Source: Planctomycetota bacterium (GTDB lineage Bacteria; Planctomycetota; PLA2; JAEUHO01). From it: 64,000 nt of DNA. A program made the translations under genes and the position numbers. Of the stretch, positions 18,893-28,324 are shown in pieces. Position 1 is the stretch's first letter. Each line of letters opens with the position of its first letter. Location of the stretch: positions 203,261-267,260 of the forward strand of contig CBDCWP010000013.1 in assembly GCA_965223505.1 (NCBI GenBank). The letters run 5' to 3'. Below the pieces are notes generated by a model. That model searched no databases. It was not told where the DNA came from and saw nothing but the letters and a program-made list of their open reading frames with translations.

Positions 18893-20455
18893 TTAACTGC
18901 CGCCGCGCCGCAGATGCCGGGCCGCGGCGCGGGCGACGCGTTGCCCATCCATGGCGGCGGAGACAATGCCGCCAGCATAGCCCGCGCCCTCACCGCAGGG
19001 AAACAGTCCGGCTAGCTCCGGGTGCATGAGGCTGTCGGCATGCCGGGGGATGCGGACGGGAGAACTCGTGCGGCTCTCCGTGCCGATAACGACGGCGTCG
19101 CGGGTTAGATAGCCTCGCATTTTTTGCTCAAATTGCGGCACGGCCTGACATAATCGTTGGTACACAAAATCCGGCAAGAGACGATGCAACGGCGCGGCGA
19201 ACAACCCTGGGATGTAGGAACTGTTGGGCAGGTCTTGCGACAGCTTGCCCGCGATAAAATCGACCAGGCGTTGCGCCGGCGCTTTCTGCCCGCCATCTCC
19301 GGCGATGAACATCTCCTGCTCGACGCGCGCCTGAAAGGCCACGCCGGCGAGCGGATCATCAGCCCCCCCGGCTAAATCCCCTGCCTCAATGCCCACCACA
19401 GCGCCGGCGTTGGCGTGGGCCGAGTCGCGGCGCGATAGCGACATGCCATTGACCACGATCTCGCCTGGCGCCGTGGCGGCCGGCACCACGAGACCGCCCG
19501 GACACATGCAAAATGAAAAGACGCCCTTGCCGCCTACCTGGCAGGAGAGGGCGTAGCTGGCGGCTGGTAAATGCTGGCTGCGCGGCGATTGCTTGTATTG
19601 GATCTCGTCAATGAGCGCTTGGGGGTGCTCGATGCGCACGCCCAGGGCGAACGGTTTGAACGCTATCGCCAGATGATGGCGGCGCAGCATGTCAAAAACG
19701 TCGCGGGCTGAGTGGCCAGTGGCCAGGATGAGGGCGTCGCCCGCATGGAATTGATCCTCGCCCCAGCGAATGCCGCGCAGGCGGCCGTCTTCGAGCACCA
19801 AGTCGGTGACGTGGGCATTAAAATGGACCACGCCGCCGAACGCCTCGATTGTCTCCCGCAGGCTGCTCACAATGCGCGGCAGGCGGTTGGAGCCGATGTG
19901 GGGATGGGCGTCGACGAGGATGTCGGGATCGGCGCCGTGCTCGACGAGCCAGCGCAGCACCGTGTCGATACTGCCGCGCTTATGCGAGCGGGTGTAGAGC
20001 TTGCCGTCGGAATACGTCCCCGCCCCGCCTTCGCCAAAGCAGTAGTTGGAATGCGGATTGACGACGCCAAATTGCTGGATGTCGCGCAGCGCCCGGCGGC
20101 GCGAGCGCACATCCTGGCCGCGCTCGAAAATGACGGGCCGCAGCCCCAGTCCGATGAGTTCCAAAGCGGCGAAATAGCCGGCCGGCCCGGCTCCGACAAT
20201 CATCACCTCAGGGGCGTTGAAGACCGGTCGCAAGTTGGACTTGAGCGCCTCAGGCGGCGCTAGGGGCTGCTCCCTAACGCGGATGCGCAACTGCACGACC
20301 GCTCTCCGGCCGCGCGCGTCGATCGATCGCCTTTCAATGCGGTAATAGCCGATGTCTTCGACCATCATGCCCATCCGGTCAGCTATGGCCGTAGCGATGG
20401 CGTCCGCGTCACGCGCTGACTCTGGGGATAGCCGAATATCGATCGTTTGGTCCAT
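18893..20455 (-). CDS. FAD-dependent dehydrogenase (COG2509-like)
   Basis: IVGAGPAG, FGEGGAGTYSDGKL, FCMCPGG, ESRTSSPVRI, GEGAGYAGGIVSAAMDG. Confidence 0.9.
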   Translation of the reverse strand: MDQTIDIRLSPESARDADAIATAIADRMGMMVEDIGYYRIERRSIDARGRRAVVQLRIRVREQPLAPPEALKSNLRPVFNAPEVMIVGAGPAGYFAALELIGLGLRPVIFERGQDVRSRRRALRDIQQFGVVNPHSNYCFGEGGAGTYSDGKLYTRSHKRGSIDTVLRWLVEHGADPDILVDAHPHIGSNRLPRIVSSLRETIEAFGGVVHFNAHVTDLVLEDGRLRGIRWGEDQFHAGDALILATGHSARDVFDMLRRHHLAIAFKPFALGVRIEHPQALIDEIQYKQSPRSQHLPAASYALSCQVGGKGVFSFCMCPGGLVVPAATAPGEIVVNGMSLSRRDSAHANAGAVVGIEAGDLAGGADDPLAGVAFQARVEQEMFIAGDGGQKAPAQRLVDFIAGKLSQDLPNSSYIPGLFAAPLHRLLPDFVYQRLCQAVPQFEQKMRGYLTRDAVVIGTESRTSSPVRIPRHADSLMHPELAGLFPCGEGAGYAGGIVSAAMDGQRVARAAARHLRRGGS

Positions 20456-20540
20456 AGCCGTTATATCACCCAACGGGCTTCTCTATCCAACTGCGCCTAA
20501 ACGAGGATAAACCCTTGTCGAATGGCGCTCCCTCAGCCTT

Positions 20541-20843
20541 TCACGGTCTCTTACGGTCAAAAGGCGAGAGCGGCTCTTTCTGCCGATCATCTTCAATGGC
20601 ATTGCGCCACCAGTAATTGCGATCCGCCTCTCGCTCATAGGCGTCTAAAGACCCGTTCAGCTTGTCGCGCTCGGCGTCGCACTGGGCGCTTGTCCCTCCG
20701 GACCGTTGCACACATCGATCATATTCATCCCTCGCGTTCAAATATGCGTTGTAGGCCGTTGTCGAGCACCCGGCGCTCAGCAGCGCAACCAGCGCCATTA
20801 CACCCCAAATCAGAGTTTTCAATCTCACGTCTTGCATCTCCAT
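20541..20843 (-). CDS. Hypothetical lipoprotein
   Basis: Hydrophobic leader with lipobox LSAG-C; two further Cys. Confidence 0.65.
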   Translation of the reverse strand: MEMQDVRLKTLIWGVMALVALLSAGCSTTAYNAYLNARDEYDRCVQRSGGTSAQCDAERDKLNGSLDAYEREADRNYWWRNAIEDDRQKEPLSPFDRKRP

Positions 20844-20956
20844 CCTCAGCCATTCTCAACGCCTCCCCGCTACGTTGAATTATACGCAAATACACGGCAT
20901 CATAGAAGCTGCACACTGATTATTTATGCAAGCATGCGGAACGCAAAGGAGCAGAC

Positions 20957-21754
20957 ATGTCTGAAGGGAAAATCGCCATTGTAACCGGCGCCGGACGCGG
21001 CATCGGCAAAGCGACCGCCTTGGCGCTGGCCAAACAGGGAATTGGCGTGGCGGCGGTCGACATCGCGGGGGAAACGGCCGAGCAGACCGCGGCCGAGGTG
21101 GGGCAGATGGGCGTCCCGAGTCTGGCGGCGACTGTGGACGTGGCCGATTCGGCGCAAGTCGACGCCATGGTCGAGCGTGTCGCGCAAGTGCTCGGACGCG
21201 TGGATATGCTGGTCAACAACGCCTATATCTCGGGCGGCTACGCCCCTGTGCCCGAGACCACGGACGAGGTCTGGCAGCGGGTATTGGGCGTCAATCTCAC
21301 CGGTTTTTTTAACTGCGCCCGCGCCGTGTCGCGCGTCATGATCGCGCAAGGCGAGGGCGGCGCCATCGTCAACATGTCCTCGGGTGCCGGCATTCGCGGC
21401 AGTATTTCGGCCGGGGTGCAGTATACAGCCTCTAAAGCCGGGATTATCGGACTCACCAAGGGTCTCGCGGCTGACCTATCGCCGCACGGCATTCGCGTCA
21501 ATTGCATTGCCCCAGGGGTCATCGATACGGGCTTGGGCGCGCCGGGCACGGGGTGGACGCGGGCGGAATTAGAGCGCTATGGGCAGCGCGACGTAGCCCT
21601 CGGGCGCTACGGGCAACCTGAGGACATCGCCGACGTCATCGTGTTTTTGCTCTCCGACGCCTCCCGCTTTATGACGGGTGAGTTAATCGCGGTGGACGGC
21701 GGCGCCAGCCTTGGGCACCGCCGTAAAAAAGAGATTTCGCCCGATGGAGCCTGA
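20957..21754 (+). CDS. Short-chain dehydrogenase/reductase
   Basis: TGAGRGIG, NNA, YTASK. Confidence 0.92.
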   Translation: MSEGKIAIVTGAGRGIGKATALALAKQGIGVAAVDIAGETAEQTAAEVGQMGVPSLAATVDVADSAQVDAMVERVAQVLGRVDMLVNNAYISGGYAPVPETTDEVWQRVLGVNLTGFFNCARAVSRVMIAQGEGGAIVNMSSGAGIRGSISAGVQYTASKAGIIGLTKGLAADLSPHGIRVNCIAPGVIDTGLGAPGTGWTRAELERYGQRDVALGRYGQPEDIADVIVFLLSDASRFMTGELIAVDGGASLGHRRKKEISPDGA

Positions 21755-21763
21755 AGATAACGC

Positions 21764-22273
21764 CTAATGCACGTGTGTTGCCGCCGAGGCGCTTTTCATT
21801 GTGTCGGCTAAGACGGTGTACGTCACGGTCCATGCCTCTTTCACCTCAGGGGTAAACGCCTCGCCCAAGCCTTGTTCTAGGGTCCAGAGCAAGGCGGCCC
21901 CGACAGTGTCGTACTGACTCTCTTGAACCCCATAGTCGACATGGCGCACGCCCAGCGCCTCAACGGCGGGCACGATCGTCTCAAGCCGGTTGAGTCCTTG
22001 CACCGCCACATCGATCATCTGCATGAGCTTGCTTTTTTGCTCTTCGATATCCACGTTGGCAAACAGCGCCTGGACGCTCGGATCCAGTTCGAATAGTTTA
22101 TTGTAGAAGAGAGTAGCGGCCTGGCCGGAAATAGGCTCGACGCTTTGCCAGGTCGACTGCACCAGTTCAACCTGCCGCGCTGAGATGGGGCCTTCGGGCT
22201 CCGAGTCAAAGGCGGGCATCGACGCCGTATTGGCGGGACGAAACAGGTTGCGTAAGAATGACATGAGGCTCAT
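21764..22273 (-). CDS. Single-domain globin (flavohemoglobin/Vgb-like globin domain)
   Basis: QVELVQSTW, FYNKLFELDP..LF, Q..KL, LGVRHVDYGV..Y..VG.ALLWTL. Confidence 0.93.
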   Translation of the reverse strand: MSLMSFLRNLFRPANTASMPAFDSEPEGPISARQVELVQSTWQSVEPISGQAATLFYNKLFELDPSVQALFANVDIEEQKSKLMQMIDVAVQGLNRLETIVPAVEALGVRHVDYGVQESQYDTVGAALLWTLEQGLGEAFTPEVKEAWTVTYTVLADTMKSASAATHVH

Positions 22274-22356
22274 AGCATGCTCCTGATAGTTGAGATCGAT
22301 ATCACTCGCCGTTGGGATGCGGGGCCTTGGCTAAGCCGACGCCCCCGATCGTCGTG

Positions 22357-22962
22357 TTAGGACTTGGATAGTGGGATGCGAATGACCACGCCGCCCATGA
22401 CCTCGCCGATTTTGAAATCGTTGCGGGGGCTGTCTTTGTGATCGTTGTGGCAATCCACACAGGCTGGGGCGACGGCCATGTCGGCGTAGACCGCCGTGTA
22501 ATAGGTCGTGTCGCCCAACTTCTCTTCGCCGTAGTAGTTTTCGCCCAGGTTCTCCGCGACGAACTGGAGTCCTTCTTTCTCCACTTTAGTTTTGGGTTTG
22601 TTTTGTTTGTTGACGGGCCACATGGAAAGTAAGGAGTAGGTAAAACCCACGTTTTTCTCCGTGACCATTTCCGCGCCCATGCGAAACATCTGCGCCGGCA
22701 AGGGGAGGGCTTTTTCATCTTGCCAATGCTCGCTGGCCTTGATGACCTTATCGTCTTTCACGAGACGATTGACAACTTTGCGGGTGTAAACGGTGCGATC
22801 AGATTCCATGACCGCATGTAACGCATCGGCCATTTTTTGGGGCGAGATGCCGCTAGGCGCCGCCGACGTGTCGGAGCCGCACCCTTGCATGAGCATGCCG
22901 CAGGCAACCAAACCGCAAATACTTATTCCCAGTAACCACATTCTGACGTTCATCAATCTCAT
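22357..22962 (-). CDS. Tll0287/DUF3365-like monoheme cytochrome c lipoprotein
   Basis: Lipobox MQG-C, single CVDCH near the C-terminus followed by FKIGEVMGGVVIRIPL. Confidence 0.8.
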   Translation of the reverse strand: MRLMNVRMWLLGISICGLVACGMLMQGCGSDTSAAPSGISPQKMADALHAVMESDRTVYTRKVVNRLVKDDKVIKASEHWQDEKALPLPAQMFRMGAEMVTEKNVGFTYSLLSMWPVNKQNKPKTKVEKEGLQFVAENLGENYYGEEKLGDTTYYTAVYADMAVAPACVDCHNDHKDSPRNDFKIGEVMGGVVIRIPLSKS

Positions 22963-23027
22963 CTCTCCTGCTTCAAGCCGCGTGTCTGACCATGTTATGA
23001 GGAACCGGCATGATTAGGTTTTGCGCA

Positions 23028-24389
23028 TTAATTGTCCTCCTTTTTCGTCTTGCGAAGCCGTTCCGCTTCGACGCGCCGCATGGCCCAATCGATACTTTCG
23101 ATATGGATGCCGGGACGCCCGGTAAAATTCCGCGCCACCAGCTTGTCGTCGGCCAGGGCGTCGATCGAAAAACGCAGGCCATGGCAGTTCATACAGACGC
23201 TGCGAATCATCTTTTCGTTCGGGCGCAAGTTGTCGTTTTGATTGTGTTGCACCACGACTCGGGTCTCACCCCCTTGCGCGATTTGCGCCCTGGGCAAATG
23301 GCAGGTGGCGCATGAAACGCCGCTGTTGGCAGCGCCAATTCCCGCAAGCTCGTTTTGCCATAACTGGTGGTGTTTCGAATCGGGATAGGCGCGGGTGTGC
23401 GCGTCGTCATGGCAGCCCATACAGGCTTTGACCGCAGCGCGGCGGGTGTCGAAGGTGTGAGCGGCATGACACGACATGCAGGTCAAGGATTGGTCTGACG
23501 CATCGCGCTTCATGGCGATGCGCGCCATGCCCGGCGTCATGGGCGGCAGGTCTTGGGCCAGGCGCATGCCGTGATGACCTAGGAGAAAGCCATCGTGTTC
23601 GGCTTGGTGGCAAGAGGCGCAGACCGCGAGGCTCGGGCGCTCGACCCACTGAGAGCCGGTTGCCGCATTGACGTGGCAGTCTTGACAATTCACCCCGCCT
23701 CGCGCATGGGCCGTCTCAGCCCATGCCGTGAGCAGCTCGGGCTGATAGGCGTGATGGGCGGGGCCGTTGTGCTGGGTTACCGACAATGGACGCGCCGCGT
23801 CGGGGTGCTCCTGGCGATAGCGCCCCGCAAAATCGCGCGCCGGGTTTAAGACGGCAGTGGCAAGATTGGGGCTATTCGCATGTTTGACTAAAAAATCCTC
23901 ATACAGCGCGCGGTTGTCGTGGAAATTGTGGCAGCCCGACGAGGCGCAACTTTGAAAGCTCAGGCCAGCATGGCTTGGGCGCTCTTTGCCAAGATCGGCG
24001 TGGCAGCGGAAGCAATAATCCTCGGGCATGGTCACGCCAACCGGGCGCGTCAGCTCGGGTTCGTGCTCGCGGTGACAGGTAATGCAGAGGCGGGCGTCGA
24101 GAGCCGCGACGCGGTCGGCGTTGCGCGGATCGAGAAATTTTTTGGGTGGATGCGAATCATCCGCCGCTTCGAGTTCCTGGGCATGACACGCCAGGCACGC
24201 ATCTTGTTTAACGCCGCGCATGGGAGTGTGGCAGACATCGCACTTGACTTCGATCTGATAGTGGCCGTGACTGGTCTCGCCGGGCAAAAACACTTCGGCG
24301 GTTTCATCCCGCTGCATGGCCCAACCCAAATAGGCCGCCAGGCAGAGGGAGCCGAGCAGCCATAGGGTCCAGAGGGTTCGCTTCGTCAT
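23028..24389 (-). CDS. Multiheme cytochrome c (10 CxxCH plus one CxxxxCH)
   Basis: CDVCH, CLACH, CITCH, CFRCH, CASSGCH, CQDCH, CASCH, CMSCH, CMGCH, CATCH, CMNCH; N-terminal signal/TM from ATG 24389. Confidence 0.9.
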   Translation of the reverse strand: MTKRTLWTLWLLGSLCLAAYLGWAMQRDETAEVFLPGETSHGHYQIEVKCDVCHTPMRGVKQDACLACHAQELEAADDSHPPKKFLDPRNADRVAALDARLCITCHREHEPELTRPVGVTMPEDYCFRCHADLGKERPSHAGLSFQSCASSGCHNFHDNRALYEDFLVKHANSPNLATAVLNPARDFAGRYRQEHPDAARPLSVTQHNGPAHHAYQPELLTAWAETAHARGGVNCQDCHVNAATGSQWVERPSLAVCASCHQAEHDGFLLGHHGMRLAQDLPPMTPGMARIAMKRDASDQSLTCMSCHAAHTFDTRRAAVKACMGCHDDAHTRAYPDSKHHQLWQNELAGIGAANSGVSCATCHLPRAQIAQGGETRVVVQHNQNDNLRPNEKMIRSVCMNCHGLRFSIDALADDKLVARNFTGRPGIHIESIDWAMRRVEAERLRKTKKEDN

Positions 24390-24406
24390 GGTCCGCCGGG
24401 TCCGTC

Positions 24407-26449
24407 TCAGTAGTAGTAAACCGCCAAAATGTGAAATGCTAACAACACGGGCAGTGGCCAAAACAACAAGAGGTGCGCCCAAGTCGCCAGGGGCCGCCAC
24501 CGTCGCGCCCATTGGGCCAAGCGGCCGCTGCCTTTACCCTCAACCGCCGCCACCCAACCGGCAAAAGCGCCCAATAGGTTGAGAGCGACAAAGATGTTCA
24601 TGAGGGCGAAATTGAGATTGCTGCCAAATCGCAGGCCGGTGTGCGCCGTCAGCCCGATCAAGGCGCTGCAGCCCAGGACGGCGTGCGCGGTGCGCCAGGA
24701 GCGAAAGGCGCCTAGTGAAAACCGCGGCCAGCGCTTGCGCAGAGACAGTCCCAACGCCGCGGCGCTAAGGCCCAGCAAGACATAGCCCGTGGTTTGTTTG
24801 GTGGCGCTCTGCCGCCGGAAGGCCTCGATGTCATGCCACCAATGTTGGATGGAATCGGGAATCGGCAGCGGCGGCAATGTGGTAAGAAGCGCTACGATGA
24901 TGAGGGCCGCCGCAGCGGTCCATTTCAGAGCGCGCGATGATGGCTTCGACGTGTTCATCGCCGATAGCGCCGGATCGGTCAGCTCGACCAATAAGGGCTG
25001 ACATGAACCACAAAGCGTCGAGGCGCTAGTCGCTTTTGCCAGCGCCCCGGCGGACATAGCCCCGGCGCGCTGCGCCGCCACCAGCGTTCCCTTTGTAACC
25101 TTGAAGCAATTGCACACCAAACGATCATCAGGCCACGCCGAGATGGGCTGCACGCTGTCTGGCCAGAGATTACCTTCCTTCTGAAACCGGCTCAGATGCC
25201 GCTTGCCGACTCGATACTCGTCCTGCACGGCAGTTTGAATTTGCCCGATCTGATTCCACGAGCCGACGGAGAGAGCGCCGACCAGGCGTCCCTGACGAAT
25301 CGCGAGCTTGCGGTAGACGCCGTTGCAGCGATAGGTGCAGACGTCGTTCGGCTGCAGGTAATCGCCGATCACCGAGACGTCCACCCCCAGCAATTTGAGA
25401 CGCGTGGAGAGATCGGCGCCCGTAAACGCCGCAGGTTTACCCATGAAGCCATCGGCCGCCACATCGGCCATGGCGTAAGCCGGCGCTGCGAGACCGAAGA
25501 CCTGTCCGCTATAGGAGGCGCATTCGCCAATGGCGTAAATATTCGGGTCTGAGGTCTGCAAGTGATCGTCAACAATCGCCGCGCCGCGCGAGGTGCAGGC
25601 CAAACCAGCATCTACCGCTAGCTCTCCCCTTGGCGTAATGCCTGCGGACACCACCACCATGTCGACAGCCATCGACTCGTGTTCGCGAAAGTGCAGGACC
25701 AGCTTGTCTTGGCATGTTTCGATGCGGCTGGTTTGACGTCCCAATAAAACATTAACCCCAGACCTTCCCACCTCCTCTAGCAGTAGGGCTGCGCCTTCGG
25801 GGTCGAGCTGACGCGGCATGAGGTAATCAGCCATTTCAACCACGGTGGTCTCAAGCCCGAGGTCGAGTAAGGCCCGCGCCGCCTCTAGGCCTAGGAGCCC
25901 ACCGCCTACGACGGCGGCGCTGCGAACGGATTGACTCCGCGTGAGGATAGCCTGCAAATCGTGGAGCGTGCGGTACACAAACACGCCATCCTGATGCGCG
26001 CCATCGATCGCCGGCACGAAGGGATGCGAACCGGTGGCGAGAACCAGGTGATCATAGTGAACCAAGGCGCCGTGGGACGTGTGCAGGAGGTGCTGGACCG
26101 GATCAATTTTGGTGATCGCCTCGTCTAGGCGCAGATCAATGCCATGCTCCCGGTACCAACTCGGATCATCCAAAAGCAAGTTAGCGGGCTCCCGGGTGCG
26201 AAAAAAGTCAGTCAGCCTAACGCGATCGTAGGGCGGGCTCGGTTCATCGCAGAATAAAAGGAGGCGATAGCGCCGCATGCCGCCTTTGGCGACAAGCTGA
26301 TGGCAAAATCGATGCGCCGCCATGCCGCCTCCGACGACGACGATCATGGGAAATGGGGGAGAGGGCGACGCAGGATCGGTGTCGCGGCGACCGGACAGGT
26401 AATTTGTGATAGCCCGTATGATGTTGATAATGTGTCTCATAAGCGACAT
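24407..26449 (-). CDS. NirB-like FAD/NAD(P)H oxidoreductase with BFD [2Fe-2S] and C-terminal probable di-heme b membrane domain
   Basis: VVGGGMAA, VVGGGLLGLEAA, IYAIGEC, LKLLGVDV, CNC...CGSC; then TM helices with two H-x13-H pairs; no siroheme domain. Start uncertain (ATG 26449 chosen). Confidence 0.85.
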   Translation of the reverse strand: MSLMRHIINIIRAITNYLSGRRDTDPASPSPPFPMIVVVGGGMAAHRFCHQLVAKGGMRRYRLLLFCDEPSPPYDRVRLTDFFRTREPANLLLDDPSWYREHGIDLRLDEAITKIDPVQHLLHTSHGALVHYDHLVLATGSHPFVPAIDGAHQDGVFVYRTLHDLQAILTRSQSVRSAAVVGGGLLGLEAARALLDLGLETTVVEMADYLMPRQLDPEGAALLLEEVGRSGVNVLLGRQTSRIETCQDKLVLHFREHESMAVDMVVVSAGITPRGELAVDAGLACTSRGAAIVDDHLQTSDPNIYAIGECASYSGQVFGLAAPAYAMADVAADGFMGKPAAFTGADLSTRLKLLGVDVSVIGDYLQPNDVCTYRCNGVYRKLAIRQGRLVGALSVGSWNQIGQIQTAVQDEYRVGKRHLSRFQKEGNLWPDSVQPISAWPDDRLVCNCFKVTKGTLVAAQRAGAMSAGALAKATSASTLCGSCQPLLVELTDPALSAMNTSKPSSRALKWTAAAALIIVALLTTLPPLPIPDSIQHWWHDIEAFRRQSATKQTTGYVLLGLSAAALGLSLRKRWPRFSLGAFRSWRTAHAVLGCSALIGLTAHTGLRFGSNLNFALMNIFVALNLLGAFAGWVAAVEGKGSGRLAQWARRWRPLATWAHLLLFWPLPVLLAFHILAVYYY

Positions 26450-26508
26450 GCAGCCGTGTTTTTCTAGCAGCTCAGACAAAAAGGTAACAACGCACGCGTA
26501 TCGCTTGG

Positions 26509-26524
26509 GCAAGATGTATGCCAA
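26509..26524 (-). promoter_or_regulatory. sigma54 (-24/-12) promoter of the flavoprotein-cytochrome-globin operon
   Basis: TTGGCATACATCTTGC has GG-N10-GC spacing; AT-rich IHF-like tract at 26549-26578. Confidence 0.75.
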
Positions 26525-26620
26525 ACGCGCCGCCCATGGCGTCCAAGATTTTCAAGGCTTTATAAAATAATTAGTTAGACGGAGGGCAAAGCGACGACTA
26601 GGCGGGGCAAGACCCACCGA

Positions 26621-26636
26621 TGTGACTTGTGGCACA
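26621..26636. promoter_or_regulatory. Candidate upstream activator site
   Basis: TGTGACTTGTGGCACA fits TGT-N10-ACA (NifA-type UAS) and TGTGA-N6-TCACA (CRP-type) with one mismatch; about 100 bp upstream of the -24 element. Confidence 0.45.
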
Positions 26637-26834
26637 GTTGTGCTGGGCAGTTTCAGACGAATTTGTGCAGTTTGCATAGCAGTTCATACCATATGGTATG
26701 AACAACATCCAGAGCAGTAACTGCAGTGATGATAAAGACTGATCCAGAAGATGATTCAGCCTTTGTCATCACGAACAATTTTGTACGCAATTTTTTGATT
26801 TGCGACAAATTCGTTTTTGAAGGCGGGATTGTAT

Positions 26835-27329
26835 CTAGGCAAAAAGCTCGCGCGGCAGCCATAAGTGGAGCAGCTCTCCAGTGGTGTCGTCCTGCAGCTC
26901 CTGCCACGACTCGATCGGCAGGCGGATCACGGCCAGCGCCGCAGTGGGAAACGCCCGCGCCACGCCTGTCATCGCTTCCACGAGGTTGGCGAGCCCAGGG
27001 TTGTGCCCCACGATCATGACGCGCGCATGCGCCTGGGCATGCGTCCGAATGGCTTGGAAATAGGCGCCTGGGGGCGCGAGATACAGGCTCCTGTCGTAGT
27101 GGATGTCGCCCGTGTAGGCCATGGCTTTCGCCGCTCTTTTCACCGTGCTTCTGGCGCGTTTCGCGGTTGAACTCAGGATCAGATCCGGCGCGGCGTTTTG
27201 CTCGGCAATCCACTGCCCCATGCGCGGCGCGGTCTGCTTGCCGCGCTTGTTGAGCGGGCGATCATGATCGTCGATGGCGTCGCCGCCCCAGCTCGATTTG
27301 GCGTGGCGAAAGACGAGTAGGGTTTTCAT
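26835..27329 (-). CDS. sixA: SixA-like histidine phosphatase
   Basis: FRHAKSSW, DHDRPL..RG, SSTAKRARST, IVGHNPG. Confidence 0.9.
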   Translation of the reverse strand: MKTLLVFRHAKSSWGGDAIDDHDRPLNKRGKQTAPRMGQWIAEQNAAPDLILSSTAKRARSTVKRAAKAMAYTGDIHYDRSLYLAPPGAYFQAIRTHAQAHARVMIVGHNPGLANLVEAMTGVARAFPTAALAVIRLPIESWQELQDDTTGELLHLWLPRELFA

Positions 27330-27374
27330 GGCGTGTGCTCCCTGTAATCTATGGAATGTGTCTCGCAACTCGCT

Positions 27375-28304
27375 TTAGGCAGGCGGATGCTGCCGATACC
27401 ACGCCGCGATCTCGCCCCCGGTCGCCATCCACACCCCCTGGCGACGCGTCATGTAATCGAGGGCGTCGCGCAAATAGCGGGCGCGAAACGGCTGCCCCAT
27501 AAGCCAAGGGCGCAGGTTCAGGGTCAGCAGGCGGCCATTGGCGGCCCCGTCCCGGTACAGGGTGTCGAAGCTGTCTTTCAGCATGTCGATGTAGCGCCGG
27601 ATCGGCACGCGCCGGTCCCACAGGGCATTGACGTCATCGACGGGCAAGGTGATGGGCAGCGCCAAGAGGTCGCCCTGCGTAGTGTTCAGGCGGTAGGGCT
27701 GTTCGTCATTCACCCAGTCGCACACGTAGCCAAGGCCGGCTTGCGCCAGCAATTCGGGGGTGCGGGCCGACTCGCCGTACTCCGGTCCCAGCCAGCCGAG
27801 CGGCGCGGCGCCAGTGGCGCGCGTCAGGGCGTCGATCGAGGCGCGAATCTCAGCGCGCTCGTCTTCTTCCGCCATGTTATTCGTGATGATGCGGCTGACG
27901 GACACGCCGTGCGCGATGATCTCGCAGTCCAGGCCCTGGCAGTGGCGCACCAGGAAGGGATAGTGTTCGGCGGTCAGGGCGTCCATGGCCACGGTCGGCT
28001 TGACGCCGTAGGCCTTTAGGGTCTCCAGCAAGCGGAAAATGCCGACGCGGTGCCCGTATTCTCGGTGCGACCAGCGCGTCACATCGGGAAACGGCGACGG
28101 GCCGTAGCCGCCCGCCAGATTGGCCACCTGGTGATGCCCCTCCGGGGCGCGCCATTCCATGTGCTCTAGGGTGACGATGACGCACAGGGCGACGCGCGCC
28201 TCGCCGGGCCAGCGCAGCGCGGGCCGTTGCGCATTCAGCGGCGACCAGTCGTAATGCTCGTGATCCATTCCAACACTTGGCCCAACGCGTAACTCCTCAG
28301 ACAT
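27375..28304 (-). CDS. Polysaccharide deacetylase / PuuE-like protein
   Basis: WPGEARVA, REYGHRVGIFRL, GWLGP, DWVNDEQP; ATG 28304 behind AAGGAG. Confidence 0.85.
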   Translation of the reverse strand: MSEELRVGPSVGMDHEHYDWSPLNAQRPALRWPGEARVALCVIVTLEHMEWRAPEGHHQVANLAGGYGPSPFPDVTRWSHREYGHRVGIFRLLETLKAYGVKPTVAMDALTAEHYPFLVRHCQGLDCEIIAHGVSVSRIITNNMAEEDERAEIRASIDALTRATGAAPLGWLGPEYGESARTPELLAQAGLGYVCDWVNDEQPYRLNTTQGDLLALPITLPVDDVNALWDRRVPIRRYIDMLKDSFDTLYRDGAANGRLLTLNLRPWLMGQPFRARYLRDALDYMTRRQGVWMATGGEIAAWYRQHPPA

Positions 28305-28324
28305 GGCAGGTCTCCTTCGCCGCT

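Noticed and set aside
23028..24389. Call as NrfA or HAO
   Set aside because: No CxxCK motif, and heme number and spacing do not fit pentaheme NrfA or octaheme HAO.
24407..26524. Call as assimilatory nitrite reductase NirB starting at TTG 26524
   Set aside because: No siroheme/[4Fe-4S] domain and no nirD; the TTG is part of the sigma54 -24 box.
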